From: a virus
Taxonomy: Duplodnaviria; Caudoviricetes
IMG/VR virus record: IMGVR_UViG_3300049780_000032
Location: 1 to 52,894 of that record
Length of the DNA stretch: 52,894 nt
Reading direction: 5' to 3' (one strand)
Position numbers and translations under genes: made by a program. Positions within the stretch are counted from its first letter, which is position 1; each line of letters begins with the position of its first letter. The notes under the pieces are model-generated. The model did not search any database. It saw only the letters and a list, made by a program, of their open reading frames with translations, and was not told where the DNA came from. Below are positions 1 through 9,256 of this stretch, piece by piece.

Positions 1-485
1 ACACCGGACAGGGCCAGCTTGAGCGTGCCGAACGCGGCGCCGCCGAGCACTGCAGCGGCCGGCAGAGCGGCCAGGGCGCCAGCGGCCGGGGCGAGCGCGA
101 CGACCAGGCCGCCCACGCTGGAGGCGGCCGACGCCGCAGCGCCGGCCAGCGCGCCAAGCTTGGCCGCGCCGCCGACCACGGACACGCCGAGACTGGCCAG
201 GCCGCTGCCCGCAGCAGTCAGCGGCCCGGCCAGAGATGAAAGACGGCCGCCCAGCCCGGAGATGTGGCCGCCGAGCCCGCCGAGCTTGTCGCCGAGCCCG
301 TCCAGATCGACGCCGAACCCGGTCAGGGATTTGCCGACCCCGTCCAGGTCGCCGCGCAGTTTCCCGCCAGAGTCGCCGACCCCGTCGAGACGGCGTTCCA
401 GGCGCTGCGCCGAGTCGCCGACCTGGTCGAACGTCTTGGAGGCGTGATCTCTGGCGAAAATGTCGAACGCCATCGAGGAGGCCAA
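1..485 (-). CDS. Tape measure protein, N-terminus (runs off window edge)
   Basis: Not in ORF track. GGAGG RBS then TTG start: MASSMAFDIFARDHASKTFDQVGDSAQRLE..., Ala/Gly/Leu-rich, directly after the tail assembly chaperone. Confidence 0.85.
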   Translation of the reverse strand, partial: MASSMAFDIFARDHASKTFDQVGDSAQRLERRLDGVGDSGGKLRGDLDGVGKSLTGFGVDLDGLGDKLGGLGGHISGLGGRLSSLAGPLTAAGSGLASLGVSVVGGAAKLGALAGAAASAASSVGGLVVALAPAAGALAALPAAAVLGGAAFGTLKLALSG

Positions 486-514
486 AGAGCACCTCCCGAG
501 GCGGGGTGGCCCAG

Positions 515-975
515 CTAGCTGGGCGGCTTATTCAGTTGGTCGGCGGCAGCGCAGAACGTCTCGTAGTCGGCCCACGACAGGAGTTCGATCTCCCACGGGC
601 GGATCCCGAAGTGGTAGGCGAGGGCCGGCTTGTAGCGCTGGAGTCTCAGGTACGGGTCTTCGCCTTTGCGCCGCCCGACCGGGACACTTGACCGTTTCCC
701 TCCGCGGCCTTGGCGTCCGGGTTGACGAAGTCGCCCGTGGTCACTACGCAGCGGCCCTCACAGACGTCCTCGTAGGTGACGTCGGATTTGCCGATGCGGA
801 ACTTGACCAGCATCCAGCCGAGCGCGGCCAGCGCCTCCATGTCCGCCGATCTGATCGCGTCGAGGAACTCGGGGAGCCGGCGCCCGGTGGCCTTTTGCAG
901 GGCAAGCCCTTCGTGCAGGGGCAGTGCGTCGAGGTCGACGTCGATGGTCTGGCCGTCGTGGGTGAACTTCAGCAT
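515..975 (-). CDS. Tail assembly chaperone, -1 frameshift product (gpGT-like)
   Basis: G GGA AAC at 700-694. The -1 frame reads ...LQRYKPALAYHFGIRPWEIELLSWADYETFCAAADQLNKPPS to TAG at 515-517 and has no evident RBS/start of its own. Confidence 0.85.
646..975 (-). CDS. Tail assembly chaperone (gpG-like)
   Basis: MLKFTHDGQTIDVDLD...; lies upstream of TMP and carries a slippery site. Confidence 0.8.
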   Translation of the reverse strand: MLKFTHDGQTIDVDLDALPLHEGLALQKATGRRLPEFLDAIRSADMEALAALGWMLVKFRIGKSDVTYEDVCEGRCVVTTGDFVNPDAKAAEGNGQVSRSGGAKAKTRT

Positions 976-980
976 GAGTG

Positions 981-1544
981 TCAGCCTTCGATCTTGGCGG
1001 CGATGTCGTCCATCGCCTTGAGGATGCGGGCCCGCATCGCGGGCAGATGCTTGCGGATCGTCACCTGAAACCAGGGCTGGCCCTTCTGGGCCACCCACGG
1101 GTCGTGGCCGAACGTCGGGTGACGCCAGCCCCTGATGCTGTTGAGGTGGCGCGGCAGGGTGCGCTGATCCTCCGGCATCTTGGAGGCGTCCACCTCGAAG
1201 CGGACGCGTGGCGCCCTGCTGCCGGTCTTCACCGTCAGGCGCAGCGCACGGGCCACCGTGTCCCGCAGGCCCGCGCCTCGCCTGGCGCGGGCCCGTCGCT
1301 TGTCTTCGTCGCCGCGGGAGTGGTCGAACTGGTGCTCTTCGCGGGCCTTGCGCCCTCCGCCGCGCGCCCCGGTGACCGGGATCGTCTTGACGGCCTTGCG
1401 GGTGTCAGCGAGCGCCGGCTTCGCCCCGGCCCGGATCGCCTTCAGCAGCTCCTTGCGGAGCTTCTTGCCGTCCGGGCCGGCGTCCTTCAGCCGCTTGGCC
1501 AGCGAGCCGAGCTGCTCGGCGCCGGTGATGCGGACATCGACCAT
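981..1544 (-). CDS. HK97 gp10-like tail completion protein
   Basis: Basic 187 aa, 'VDVRITGAEQLGSLAKRLK' N-terminus, C-terminal 'QPWF', within tail module. Confidence 0.6.
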   Translation of the reverse strand: MVDVRITGAEQLGSLAKRLKDAGPDGKKLRKELLKAIRAGAKPALADTRKAVKTIPVTGARGGGRKAREEHQFDHSRGDEDKRRARARRGAGLRDTVARALRLTVKTGSRAPRVRFEVDASKMPEDQRTLPRHLNSIRGWRHPTFGHDPWVAQKGQPWFQVTIRKHLPAMRARILKAMDDIAAKIEG

Positions 1545-1546
1545 GC

Positions 1547-2578
1547 TCAGATTGAGGTGTCGGACGACACGATCTTTACCTGGATGGGTGCATCGACCGC
1601 GTTGTCGTACGCCTCGAACTCGGTGGACATGCTCACGATGTCCGGGCCTCCAACACTCGGCGCGGCCGTCTTGATCTTGCAGGCGGGCATGATGATGCTG
1701 ATCGAGAAGTTGTTGCCACCGCCCGCCGGGATCGCGCTGCCGACCATCGCGAAGTCGAACGCGAACGTCGTGTTGTTCTTCATCAGCAGGTACAGCTCAT
1801 CCCGCGCGAACTCGGCGGTGAGCGACCCCGTGATGGTCGGAAAGTCGTTTTCGAGCTGCTCCTTCTTCGTGCCGGACTGGCCGACACCGTAGCGTTCGGT
1901 CGCCAGCGGGTTGTCACCCTTGATGGACAATTCGGTGATGACCGCCGCCACGGCGACGCCGCTGGTGACGGCCAGTTCCCCGCTGGAGGTGGCGGGGGTG
2001 CCGCCCAGCTTCAGCGTCGCCTGCCGGAAGTCGAAGAGCTCGGTGCTGCTGGCGAAGCTGGCGCTGGCCAGCGCTGTGGCCGTCGCCTCGTCCCAGCCGT
2101 CCACCTCGGCGCTGAAGGTGAGCACGCCGTCGTTGGCGAGCTTGAATTCCCACGAGGTGATCTTGCAGCCGGCGTAGGTGTGCGGTCGGACGGTCCCGGA
2201 CGGCTCCGGCCGACCCACCTGCACGGTCAAGCCCTTGCCGACCAGGCCGCCCGGCACGTGCAGTTGCGCGTAGGCGCCCGACGTGGAGATCTGCGTGGCC
2301 GTGGCGGTCGAGCCGAGCGCGTGCGCCACCAGCAGGCCGCCGCCCTTGTTCGGCCACTCCAGCTCGAAGCCGCCCTCCACCGTGCGCCTGCTCTGGACCA
2401 CGCGGGATGCCCGCTTAAACTTGCGGCCGACGCGCAGGCCGACCGGGTCCACGTACGTCGGCACGTAGGCGATGCTCTCGCTGTTGAACTCTAGGAAGCG
2501 CGTCACCGTCACCGGCGTCCCCACGGTGGTCTCCGCGGCGAACCCGATTTGCGCGTCCAGACCGGTCCCGGTCGCCAT
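1547..2578 (-). CDS. Major tail (tube) protein
   Basis: 343 aa; 'QIGFAAETTVGTPVTVTRFLEF', 'YAGCKITSWEF' are typical tail tube motifs. Confidence 0.85.
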   Translation of the reverse strand: MATGTGLDAQIGFAAETTVGTPVTVTRFLEFNSESIAYVPTYVDPVGLRVGRKFKRASRVVQSRRTVEGGFELEWPNKGGGLLVAHALGSTATATQISTSGAYAQLHVPGGLVGKGLTVQVGRPEPSGTVRPHTYAGCKITSWEFKLANDGVLTFSAEVDGWDEATATALASASFASSTELFDFRQATLKLGGTPATSSGELAVTSGVAVAAVITELSIKGDNPLATERYGVGQSGTKKEQLENDFPTITGSLTAEFARDELYLLMKNNTTFAFDFAMVGSAIPAGGGNNFSISIIMPACKIKTAAPSVGGPDIVSMSTEFEAYDNAVDAPIQVKIVSSDTSI

Positions 2579-2580
2579 GG

Positions 2581-2805
2581 TCAGTCACCAGCCTTTCCGC
2601 TGCTCTTGCTCTTCGCCTCGGGCACCAGCTCCCACAGCGCCTTCGGCCACGCCCGCGCGTGCTCGCCCTCGCCGACGACGTAGGCGTCGCCGTCCTGCTG
2701 GGTCACGTCCCCGCCGACCGCGGTCACGTCGCCAGCCTCGACGAGCGGGCCGTCGGCGCGGCCGACATGCATGCCCGCGCCGCTGATGTTCCTGAACCTG
2801 GCCAC
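2581..2805 (-). CDS. Small hypothetical virion-module protein
   Basis: AGGAG RBS, GTG start VARFRNISG..., 74 aa. Confidence 0.6.
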   Translation of the reverse strand: MARFRNISGAGMHVGRADGPLVEAGDVTAVGGDVTQQDGDAYVVGEGEHARAWPKALWELVPEAKSKSSGKAGD

Positions 2806-2819
2806 CCGGTGGTCTCCTC

Positions 2820-3287
2820 TCAGATGCGGGTTTTCACCGCGACTTGGAACGGGATTCGGCACTGCATGCCCTCGCTGCGCTGCGCCTGGTGCACCGAGCC
2901 GGACGCGAACGCCACGATCGTGGGTGGCGGCTGCCCGAGATCCGGGGCTGCCCGCAGCGCATCCTCGACAGCGGCCAGCAAGGCGAACGCCCGGACCCGT
3001 ACCGGGCGCACCGCGGTCGAGCCGCGCCAGGCCAGAACCGCGCACGTCACCGTGAACGTCTCATCACGGGCCCGCTGGCCGATGCTGGCCCACTCCTGCG
3101 AGAACTCGACGGCCAGGCCGCCGTCCTCGTCGGGGTCGCCGTCGTAGCCGACGAACACCACGTCCTTGAGCGGACTGCCGGTGACGACCGGCCCGTCGAG
3201 CACCTTCACACCAGCCAGGCCGGGTGCGGCCGCGAACAGGGCCACCAGCGCGTCGATGACGTCCGGGACCCGTGACGTGGTCGTCAT
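2820..3287 (-). CDS. Tail terminator-like protein
   Basis: MTTTSRVPDVIDALVALF...; 'LLAAVEDALRA', C-terminal beta strand; upstream of tail tube. Confidence 0.7.
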   Translation of the reverse strand: MTTTSRVPDVIDALVALFAAAPGLAGVKVLDGPVVTGSPLKDVVFVGYDGDPDEDGGLAVEFSQEWASIGQRARDETFTVTCAVLAWRGSTAVRPVRVRAFALLAAVEDALRAAPDLGQPPPTIVAFASGSVHQAQRSEGMQCRIPFQVAVKTRI

Positions 3288-4096
3288 CAGGCGATCCCCG
3301 GATAGCGGCCGGTGAGCAGCTCCTGCACGCGGCGCGGCACCGTGAACCCGAACCGCGGATCCCACCCGTCGTCGCTGCCGCCGGCGCGGACGCCGCCCAT
3401 CGTGCCGCGCTGCGTCTCCCACAGGTGCTGCAGCAGGATCCGGGCCGCCTGGTCGACGTTCGACGGGATGCTGGTCCGCCCGGCCACGTAGGAGACGTCG
3501 ACGTCGCCGGGCAGCGGGCCGCCGCCCTTGCTCCGCACGATCCCAGTCTGTCCGTCCACGTGCAGGCCGGCCACGTCCAGCGCGGCCGCGCCGGACCCGA
3601 TCGACGTCACCGACGTGACCGAGAGCACCGGCGGGTGGGCCAGCACATAGGCGTTGCCGCCGCGGTGCGCCTCGACGTGCACGGTGCGCACCAGTGCGCC
3701 CACCCGGTCCTCGCACACCGCGGTGACGCTACGCAGCTTGTCGAGGATCTCCACATCGTCGCTGGTGTCGTCGGCGTCGATGTTCAGCTCGTGTTTCGCG
3801 TCGTCCAGCGAGATGATGCCGGCCTCCGCCCATATGGCGGCCACCTCGAACGGCGTCTCCTTCGCCCCGACCGGGCCGGTGGTGACCCAGCGGGCGACGT
3901 GGCGGCCGGCCTGCGCCGGGCCGAAGTCGTAGTGGTAGATGCCTGCGCCGTCCACGGTGGGCGAGAACGGGCCGCCGATGCTCCCGTCCGGCAGCAGGAT
4001 CGACAGGCTGATCGTCGTCGGCGTGACGGGCGCCCCGGCGTCGTCCTTGACCGTCGTGTCCAGGCGGACGCCGGCGCCGAACGCGTACGTGCTCAT
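3287..4096 (-). CDS. Head-tail adaptor with N-terminal extra beta domain
   Basis: C-terminal gp6/gp15-like part 'ISLDDAKHELNI...VSYVAG..IPSNVDQAARILLQHLWETQR' plus ~90 aa beta-rich N-terminus. Confidence 0.75.
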   Translation of the reverse strand: MSTYAFGAGVRLDTTVKDDAGAPVTPTTISLSILLPDGSIGGPFSPTVDGAGIYHYDFGPAQAGRHVARWVTTGPVGAKETPFEVAAIWAEAGIISLDDAKHELNIDADDTSDDVEILDKLRSVTAVCEDRVGALVRTVHVEAHRGGNAYVLAHPPVLSVTSVTSIGSGAAALDVAGLHVDGQTGIVRSKGGGPLPGDVDVSYVAGRTSIPSNVDQAARILLQHLWETQRGTMGGVRAGGSDDGWDPRFGFTVPRRVQELLTGRYPGIA

Positions 4097-5643
4097 CCAC
4101 CCTCCCAGGTGATCAGCGGGTGTGAGGAGCTCGACAGGTTCCCGGCCGGGGCCGTTGCGGCGGCGAGCCCGGCGGAAGGCCTCGATGAGGCGGACACGCG
4201 GGCCGGGCCGCCGGTCGCCGCCGCGGCGGCAAGGCTCACCGTGGCCTGCAGGTGAGCGGCGGCGTACACGTGTAGCGCGGCACGAATGGTCAGGCCGGCC
4301 AGGCTGGACGCCTGCACAGCGGCGAACTGGTGGGCGAGCGCCGTCGCGGTCAGGTCGGCCGCCGCCGACAGGGCTGCGGCGCCAGTCGTCGCGCTGGTCC
4401 GTGCCGTCAACGTCGCCTGCGCCGACAGTTCCGTGGCTGCGAAGCGTACGACGACGCCTGAGGCGGTCAGCCCTGCCGTGGCAGAGAACGCAGCCCCGGC
4501 GATCGCCCGAGGGGTCGCGGCCGCGGTGAGGTTCGACTGGGCTGACAGCGCTGCAGCACCGGTGGCCGACCCGCCGGCGGACGCCGTCAGTGTGGCGGCG
4601 CAGGACAGTGTGACCGTGGCGAAAACGGTGAGACGGGCTGCTCCGGCCAGAGCCGACCCGCCGCTCAGGTGGGCGGCAACCAGAACGCGCACCCGGCCCG
4701 CGGCTACGGCGCCGCTCGTGACAGACAGGGCGGTCGCGGCTCGTACCGTGTTCGTGGCGGCCGCGGTGAGCGCTGCGGCGGCGGAGGCTGCCACTGCGGC
4801 GAGGACCCGCGCCCGGGCCACCGCCGACAGCGTGCTCGGGGCTGTGAATGTCGCGGCGGCGCGGACGGTCACGCGGGCCTGCGCCGCACTAGTGCCGGTC
4901 GCCGACAGCACCGCCGCGGCGACGACGATGCGTCTGCCGGCCACCGTCTCCGTAGCCGACGCGGACAGCGCCGCAGCCCCCGACACGGTGGCCGCGCCGC
5001 CCGTGCTCACGATGACGATGGAGCACGCGGCGTACGCGCGGGCCGCGTTGATCGTCGCGGTGCGGGTGCCTGTCGGCCCCGACGACGTCAGCGCCTGCCG
5101 GGCCGACCCCAGCGTGGAGAACGGCCCGATAGTGTCCTCGACATCCAGGAGGTCGGTCATCCCGGCCGGCGCGGTGAAGTTCACGCCCGAGTGCGGTGCC
5201 CCGGTCTGCCACGCGCACAGCAGAAGGTCGTCCGCCCCGGACGGCGAGGCCGACGGCGCCACGAGCGAGGTAGCGGCGACGACGCCGTCATTGCCTGCCG
5301 CGTCGTCGACTTGAAGATTGTCACCGGCGATCACATAGGTGATCTGGTAGACCTCTTCGCTGCTAATCGGCGAGATGGTGACCGTCTGCGCGCCGCCGAC
5401 GGTGACGGGCCTGGTGAAGGTCTTCAGGTGGGCGGTGTTGACGCCGGCGTCCCCGCTGGCCTCTTCCGTCCAGGTGCCTGCCGTGCCGGTCGGCGGGCCC
5501 GGCCAGTTCGCGATATCGAAGTAGTTCGAACCGTAGAAGGTGACCAGCAGGTCGTCGGCCTCGGTGCCAGCTCCCGTGACGACCGTGGCCGGCCCGCCGC
5601 TCTCTGCCGCGGACAGGACTTCGCGGACGCTGGGAGTAGCCAT
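4093..5643 (-). CDS. Ala/Thr/Ser-rich repetitive virion fibre-like protein
   Basis: 516 aa; beta-rich N-terminal domain then ~13 copies of a ~20-aa repeat. Confidence 0.65.
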   Translation of the reverse strand: MATPSVREVLSAAESGGPATVVTGAGTEADDLLVTFYGSNYFDIANWPGPPTGTAGTWTEEASGDAGVNTAHLKTFTRPVTVGGAQTVTISPISSEEVYQITYVIAGDNLQVDDAAGNDGVVAATSLVAPSASPSGADDLLLCAWQTGAPHSGVNFTAPAGMTDLLDVEDTIGPFSTLGSARQALTSSGPTGTRTATINAARAYAACSIVIVSTGGAATVSGAAALSASATETVAGRRIVVAAAVLSATGTSAAQARVTVRAAATFTAPSTLSAVARARVLAAVAASAAAALTAAATNTVRAATALSVTSGAVAAGRVRVLVAAHLSGGSALAGAARLTVFATVTLSCAATLTASAGGSATGAAALSAQSNLTAAATPRAIAGAAFSATAGLTASGVVVRFAATELSAQATLTARTSATTGAAALSAAADLTATALAHQFAAVQASSLAGLTIRAALHVYAAAHLQATVSLAAAAATGGPARVSASSRPSAGLAAATAPAGNLSSSSHPLITWEGG

Positions 5644-5663
5644 CGAACCTCCCCGTCACGCGG

Positions 5664-5963
5664 TCAGTAGACCCCGACTCCGATGAGCCTTCGGGGAAAG
5701 ACGCGGTAGTCGTGCGGCAGCGTGGCCGCGGGCGCGCCGCCTGCCCAGAGTGCGGCCAGGTCGGCGAGCTCCGTGTAGGCGCTCTTCAGTACGGCGGCGT
5801 CGTCAGAGGTGAAGCTGTAAATGGTCTCCAGGTCGTTGACCGAGACCGAGTCCAGCCACGCCTTGAACTCGACGACGTTCTGCAGGGCGGTGAACACCGC
5901 CGCGGCGATCGCACCCGCCTGCGTGTTGATCCGGTCCTTGGTGATCGGGATGCCTGCTGCCAC
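5664..5963 (-). CDS. Hypothetical protein (99 aa)
   Basis: GTG start VAAGIPITKDRINTQAG...; good codon usage, fills gap. Confidence 0.7.
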   Translation of the reverse strand: MAAGIPITKDRINTQAGAIAAAVFTALQNVVEFKAWLDSVSVNDLETIYSFTSDDAAVLKSAYTELADLAALWAGGAPAATLPHDYRVFPRRLIGVGVY

Positions 5964-5965
5964 GC

Positions 5966-6361
5966 CTATCCAATCGTCAGGTCGAGATCGCCTGTGGGGA
6001 TCTCGAAGGTGTCTCCGAGGTTGACCGTCTTGGAGGCCGTCAGCGCGCCGTACCAGAGCCGGACGGGCGAGCCGGCGCTGTCCCAGATCTCCACGCCGAC
6101 GACGGTCACTGCGGGCATGTTCGCGAAGGTCAACGCCCCGCTGTTCGACGTAGCGCCGCCCGAGGCGGTGGCCAGGGTGACGTTCTGGGAGGCGTAGGTG
6201 GAGCCGCCCGAGTTCGTCACTTCGGTGCCGCCCGAGCTGTCGCTGCCGTTGGCGGTCATCAGGCGGCATTTGAGCGGCGAGGTCGGCCGCGTCGGTGTGC
6301 CAACCACGTTGATCCAGTCGAGAATCAGGTTTTCGGCGGTGTCGGTCAGGTTGTCGGCCAC
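5966..6361 (-). CDS. Small virion fibre/bead subunit ('phage tail fiber protein'-type)
   Basis: 131 aa, 'TAENLILDW...GGTEVT..Y..Q.V..A..SGG.TSNSG.LTF...IWD...LWYGAL..SKTV..GD.F.IP.GDLDL' pattern. Confidence 0.7.
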   Translation of the reverse strand: MADNLTDTAENLILDWINVVGTPTRPTSPLKCRLMTANGSDSSGGTEVTNSGGSTYASQNVTLATASGGATSNSGALTFANMPAVTVVGVEIWDSAGSPVRLWYGALTASKTVNLGDTFEIPTGDLDLTIG

Positions 6362-6364
6362 GGC

Positions 6365-7264
6365 CTACCTCCAAGCGGTCGCATGTTGAAACGCCCGCGC
6401 CACGCCCTCGTCGAGGCCGATCCGCGGCCGGTAGATGTCGTGCAGCCGGCCGGGGTCGCCGACCCGGTAGGCGACGCCTGCGGGGGCGCCCTGGTCGGTG
6501 GAGAACCGTGGCTCGTAGCCGGCCTCGGCGCACACCATCATGGCCAGGTCGACCATGGATGTGCCGACGCCGGTGCATAGGTTGACCGGCTCGCGCACGT
6601 CCGCCTCGACGATGGCGAGTGCGCCGGCCACGACATCGTCGATGTGGATCCAGTCGCGCACCTGCTGGCCGCTGCCCCAGATGCGGAACGGGTCCTCGCG
6701 GCGCTTGGCGCGGGACAGGAACGCCCCGAACGGCCAGCGGTCCGCCTGGTCCTCGCCGTAGCCGCTGAAGGGCCGTACGACGTGCACAGCCACGCCAGAC
6801 GCGTTCGCTGCGGCGGCCATCCGCTCGCCGGTGAGCTTGGTCCATCCGTATGCCGCGTCGGGCATGATGCCGAGAGGCGACACGGTGTTCGTCTCGTGCA
6901 GCCGCCAGTCCTCGGCCCCGTCCTGGAACTGCACCGGATAGACAGCGCTGGACGACAGGTACAGCACTCGCCGCTGATGGGTGCGCACCGCCCACTCGAA
7001 CATGGCGGCGTCGAGCATCAGATCGCGGGCCAGGTTCATCGGCTGGCCGTCGATCGCAGCCCGGTGCGGGGCCGTCGCCGCCGCGTGCACCACCAGGTCG
7101 TACTGGCGGACGTGGTGCTCCCGGAACACGAAGAGCGCATCATCGCCCGGGGCGTCCGAGTGGGCCACGTCGCACATGCCGACGTCCCAGCCGCGGGCGC
7201 GGAGCTCGGCGACCATGTGTCGGCCGACGAACCCCGCGCTGCCGGTGATCAGGGCGCTCTTCAC
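6365..7264 (-). CDS. NAD-dependent nucleotide-sugar epimerase/dehydratase (extended SDR)
   Basis: TGSAGFVG Rossmann motif, SSSAVY, YGWTK (YxxxK), RDWIHIDD. Confidence 0.92.
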   Translation of the reverse strand: MKSALITGSAGFVGRHMVAELRARGWDVGMCDVAHSDAPGDDALFVFREHHVRQYDLVVHAAATAPHRAAIDGQPMNLARDLMLDAAMFEWAVRTHQRRVLYLSSSAVYPVQFQDGAEDWRLHETNTVSPLGIMPDAAYGWTKLTGERMAAAANASGVAVHVVRPFSGYGEDQADRWPFGAFLSRAKRREDPFRIWGSGQQVRDWIHIDDVVAGALAIVEADVREPVNLCTGVGTSMVDLAMMVCAEAGYEPRFSTDQGAPAGVAYRVGDPGRLHDIYRPRIGLDEGVARAFQHATAWR

Positions 7265-7818
7265 CGCACCCCCCAAATCCCGAAGCAGTACGGGAGGCCC
7301 ATCGGCCGAAAGTCGGCGGTGGTGAACACGTGCTGGCGCCACCCGGCGGCCTTGAGCATGGCCTCGACGTCGTCGCGGCTCCATGCCCAGTAGTGCTCGG
7401 GGTTGGTGTCGTCCCATGCGTCCACAGGTGTGGATAACACGAGGATGCGGGCCCGCTCCCGGATCTGGCCGAGCACCAGTTCGGGCGCGTCGACGTGTTC
7501 GAGCGTCTCGCTGCAGACGAACAGATCCACCTGCGGAAGGTCCTTGATGGTCTTCTCGATGGGGCCCTCATACTCATAGCCGGGCGCCAGGTCGCCGAAG
7601 TGCTTCACCTCGACCGGCACCGCCTGCAGGATGGCGCCGTTCCCGCACGACAGGTCCGCAGCCGAGTGCACGCCGCCAGCGACCATCCACCGCGCGACCG
7701 CGATTGTCACGTCCACTCGCAGGAAGTGGTCGAACCACTTCCGGTGGTCGTGCGGCGTCCGGTACAGCGCCGCGAGCTGGTCCTCGGTGTAGGCGGGTCG
7801 CAGCCGTTGCCGGGTCAC
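7261..7818 (-). CDS. Class I SAM-dependent methyltransferase
   Basis: DLSCGNG motif I, 'CSETLEHV', 'LVLSTP'. Confidence 0.8.
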   Translation of the reverse strand: MTRQRLRPAYTEDQLAALYRTPHDHRKWFDHFLRVDVTIAVARWMVAGGVHSAADLSCGNGAILQAVPVEVKHFGDLAPGYEYEGPIEKTIKDLPQVDLFVCSETLEHVDAPELVLGQIRERARILVLSTPVDAWDDTNPEHYWAWSRDDVEAMLKAAGWRQHVFTTADFRPMGLPYCFGIWGVR

Positions 7819-8528
7819 CGCCGGGCTCCCGCGCACGCCTCGCGCACGGCCAGGACCTCGGCGGGCCCGTGCTCGCGCATGTACGCCTCGATAGCCGCAC
7901 GGTCCTGGGCGTAGACGTCAGGAGCGTTCACCCGCCGGTAGCCGTCGTCCCACTCCGCGGTTCCGGCAACCGGGTGCAGGTGCTCGACGACCACGCGCGG
8001 CAGGTAGGTGATGCAGCCGGACGACCGGCCGAGCGTGAGCCAGTAGTTGTCGACGTACATGTGCCGCAGCACGGGCGGCGCCATGTGCCCGAGCGCCTGC
8101 ACCACCGGCGTGCTGATCGCCACCTGCGTGGGCAGCCGCACGCCCTGCACCCGGTCGTCGCCGTACACGAAGCCGGGCAGCGTGGTGAGCGCCTCCAGGT
8201 AGGAGGTGTCCCAGCCAGCTGTGCGAGGGCGGTGGTCGTCACCCATGAAGCCGATCGCCTCGACGTCCGGCCAGGTTGCGAGGACGTGCGCCACGCCAGT
8301 GTTGAGAGCGGCCACCATCGAACCGCCAGGCTGCGACAGCAGGCTCGTGCGGAACCGGTAGGTGTGCGGCTCCATCGCTTCGCGGTACTGGTCCGCCCCG
8401 GGATCATCGTCATCGATGATGATCAGCAGCCGCGTTGTCGCCTGGCATGTCGCCTCGAAGGCCACGACCAGTCTGTCCACAGCTTCAGGGCGCCCGCGCG
8501 ACGGCACGATCACCACCAGGCCGCTCAC
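7815..8528 (-). CDS. Glycosyltransferase (GT-A fold, GT2-like)
   Basis: VVIVPSRGRP start, IIDDDD, FMGDDH, HMYVDN, VVEHLHP. Confidence 0.85.
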   Translation of the reverse strand: MSGLVVIVPSRGRPEAVDRLVVAFEATCQATTRLLIIIDDDDPGADQYREAMEPHTYRFRTSLLSQPGGSMVAALNTGVAHVLATWPDVEAIGFMGDDHRPRTAGWDTSYLEALTTLPGFVYGDDRVQGVRLPTQVAISTPVVQALGHMAPPVLRHMYVDNYWLTLGRSSGCITYLPRVVVEHLHPVAGTAEWDDGYRRVNAPDVYAQDRAAIEAYMREHGPAEVLAVREACAGARR

Positions 8529-9256
8529 GAGCTCGCCTCCAACGTCTCGCCAGGCTGCTCATAGTCGTCGGCGCCGAGCCAGAACATCTTGTGGTGGTTC
8601 GTCTTCACGCCGGTATGGACGTACAGCGGGATGCCCACCTTCGACAGCCGCCAGCAGAACGACAGGTCCTCGGAGACCCATCGGCCGTCCGGGTACTTCA
8701 CCGGGTCGAACCAGCAGTCGCCCGCCTCCGCGCGCACCTTCTCCGCCGCACTGCGATGCACCAGCAGGCACGCCGCCCCCGTCCCGGCCACCTGCACCAG
8801 CGTGTTCTCCGGGACGTCCCAGCGTGTCGCGAAACCCACCTGGCCGCGCGGGTCCTTGCCCGGCCGGTACATGGTCGGCGTCGGCTGGATCCGGTGGCCG
8901 CCCATGCCGTCGCGGGCCACCTCGCGGGCGGCGAAGCACAGCGCGCCGACGATCGGCCGCTCGACCGGGTCGGCGGCGTCGACGAGGCGGTCCACGGTGT
9001 CCGGCTCGAACCCCATGTCGGTGTCGATGAACCACAGCCATTCGTGCGGTGTCTCGTCCAGCCAGCGGCGGAACGCCACGTTGCGGGCCTCGACCAGGCC
9101 GCCCGACCCGCACGTGATCATGTAGGGGCCGCCGGTCTGCATGATCCGGCCGTCGTGCGCCTGATCCCACACGACCAGGCGCAGCACCGACTCGTGCCAG
9201 GAGTGCGACACGGTGTGCGAGTGCAGGTAGGCCATCTGCACCAGGCCGTCACCCAC
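8525..9256 (-). CDS. Glycosyltransferase (GT-A fold)
   Basis: ARN, WLWFIDTDM (DxD), GAACLLVHR, SEDLSFC, H..VK..HHK. Confidence 0.85.
   Translation of the reverse strand: MGDGLVQMAYLHSHTVSHSWHESVLRLVVWDQAHDGRIMQTGGPYMITCGSGGLVEARNVAFRRWLDETPHEWLWFIDTDMGFEPDTVDRLVDAADPVERPIVGALCFAAREVARDGMGGHRIQPTPTMYRPGKDPRGQVGFATRWDVPENTLVQVAGTGAACLLVHRSAAEKVRAEAGDCWFDPVKYPDGRWVSEDLSFCWRLSKVGIPLYVHTGVKTNHHKMFWLGADDYEQPGETLEASS

Noticed and set aside
6365-9256. Glycan cassette as gtrABC-type serotype conversion or DNA glucosylation
   Set aside because: No flippase or polytopic membrane GT, no base hydroxylase in the visible phage, and it is coupled within the late structural operon
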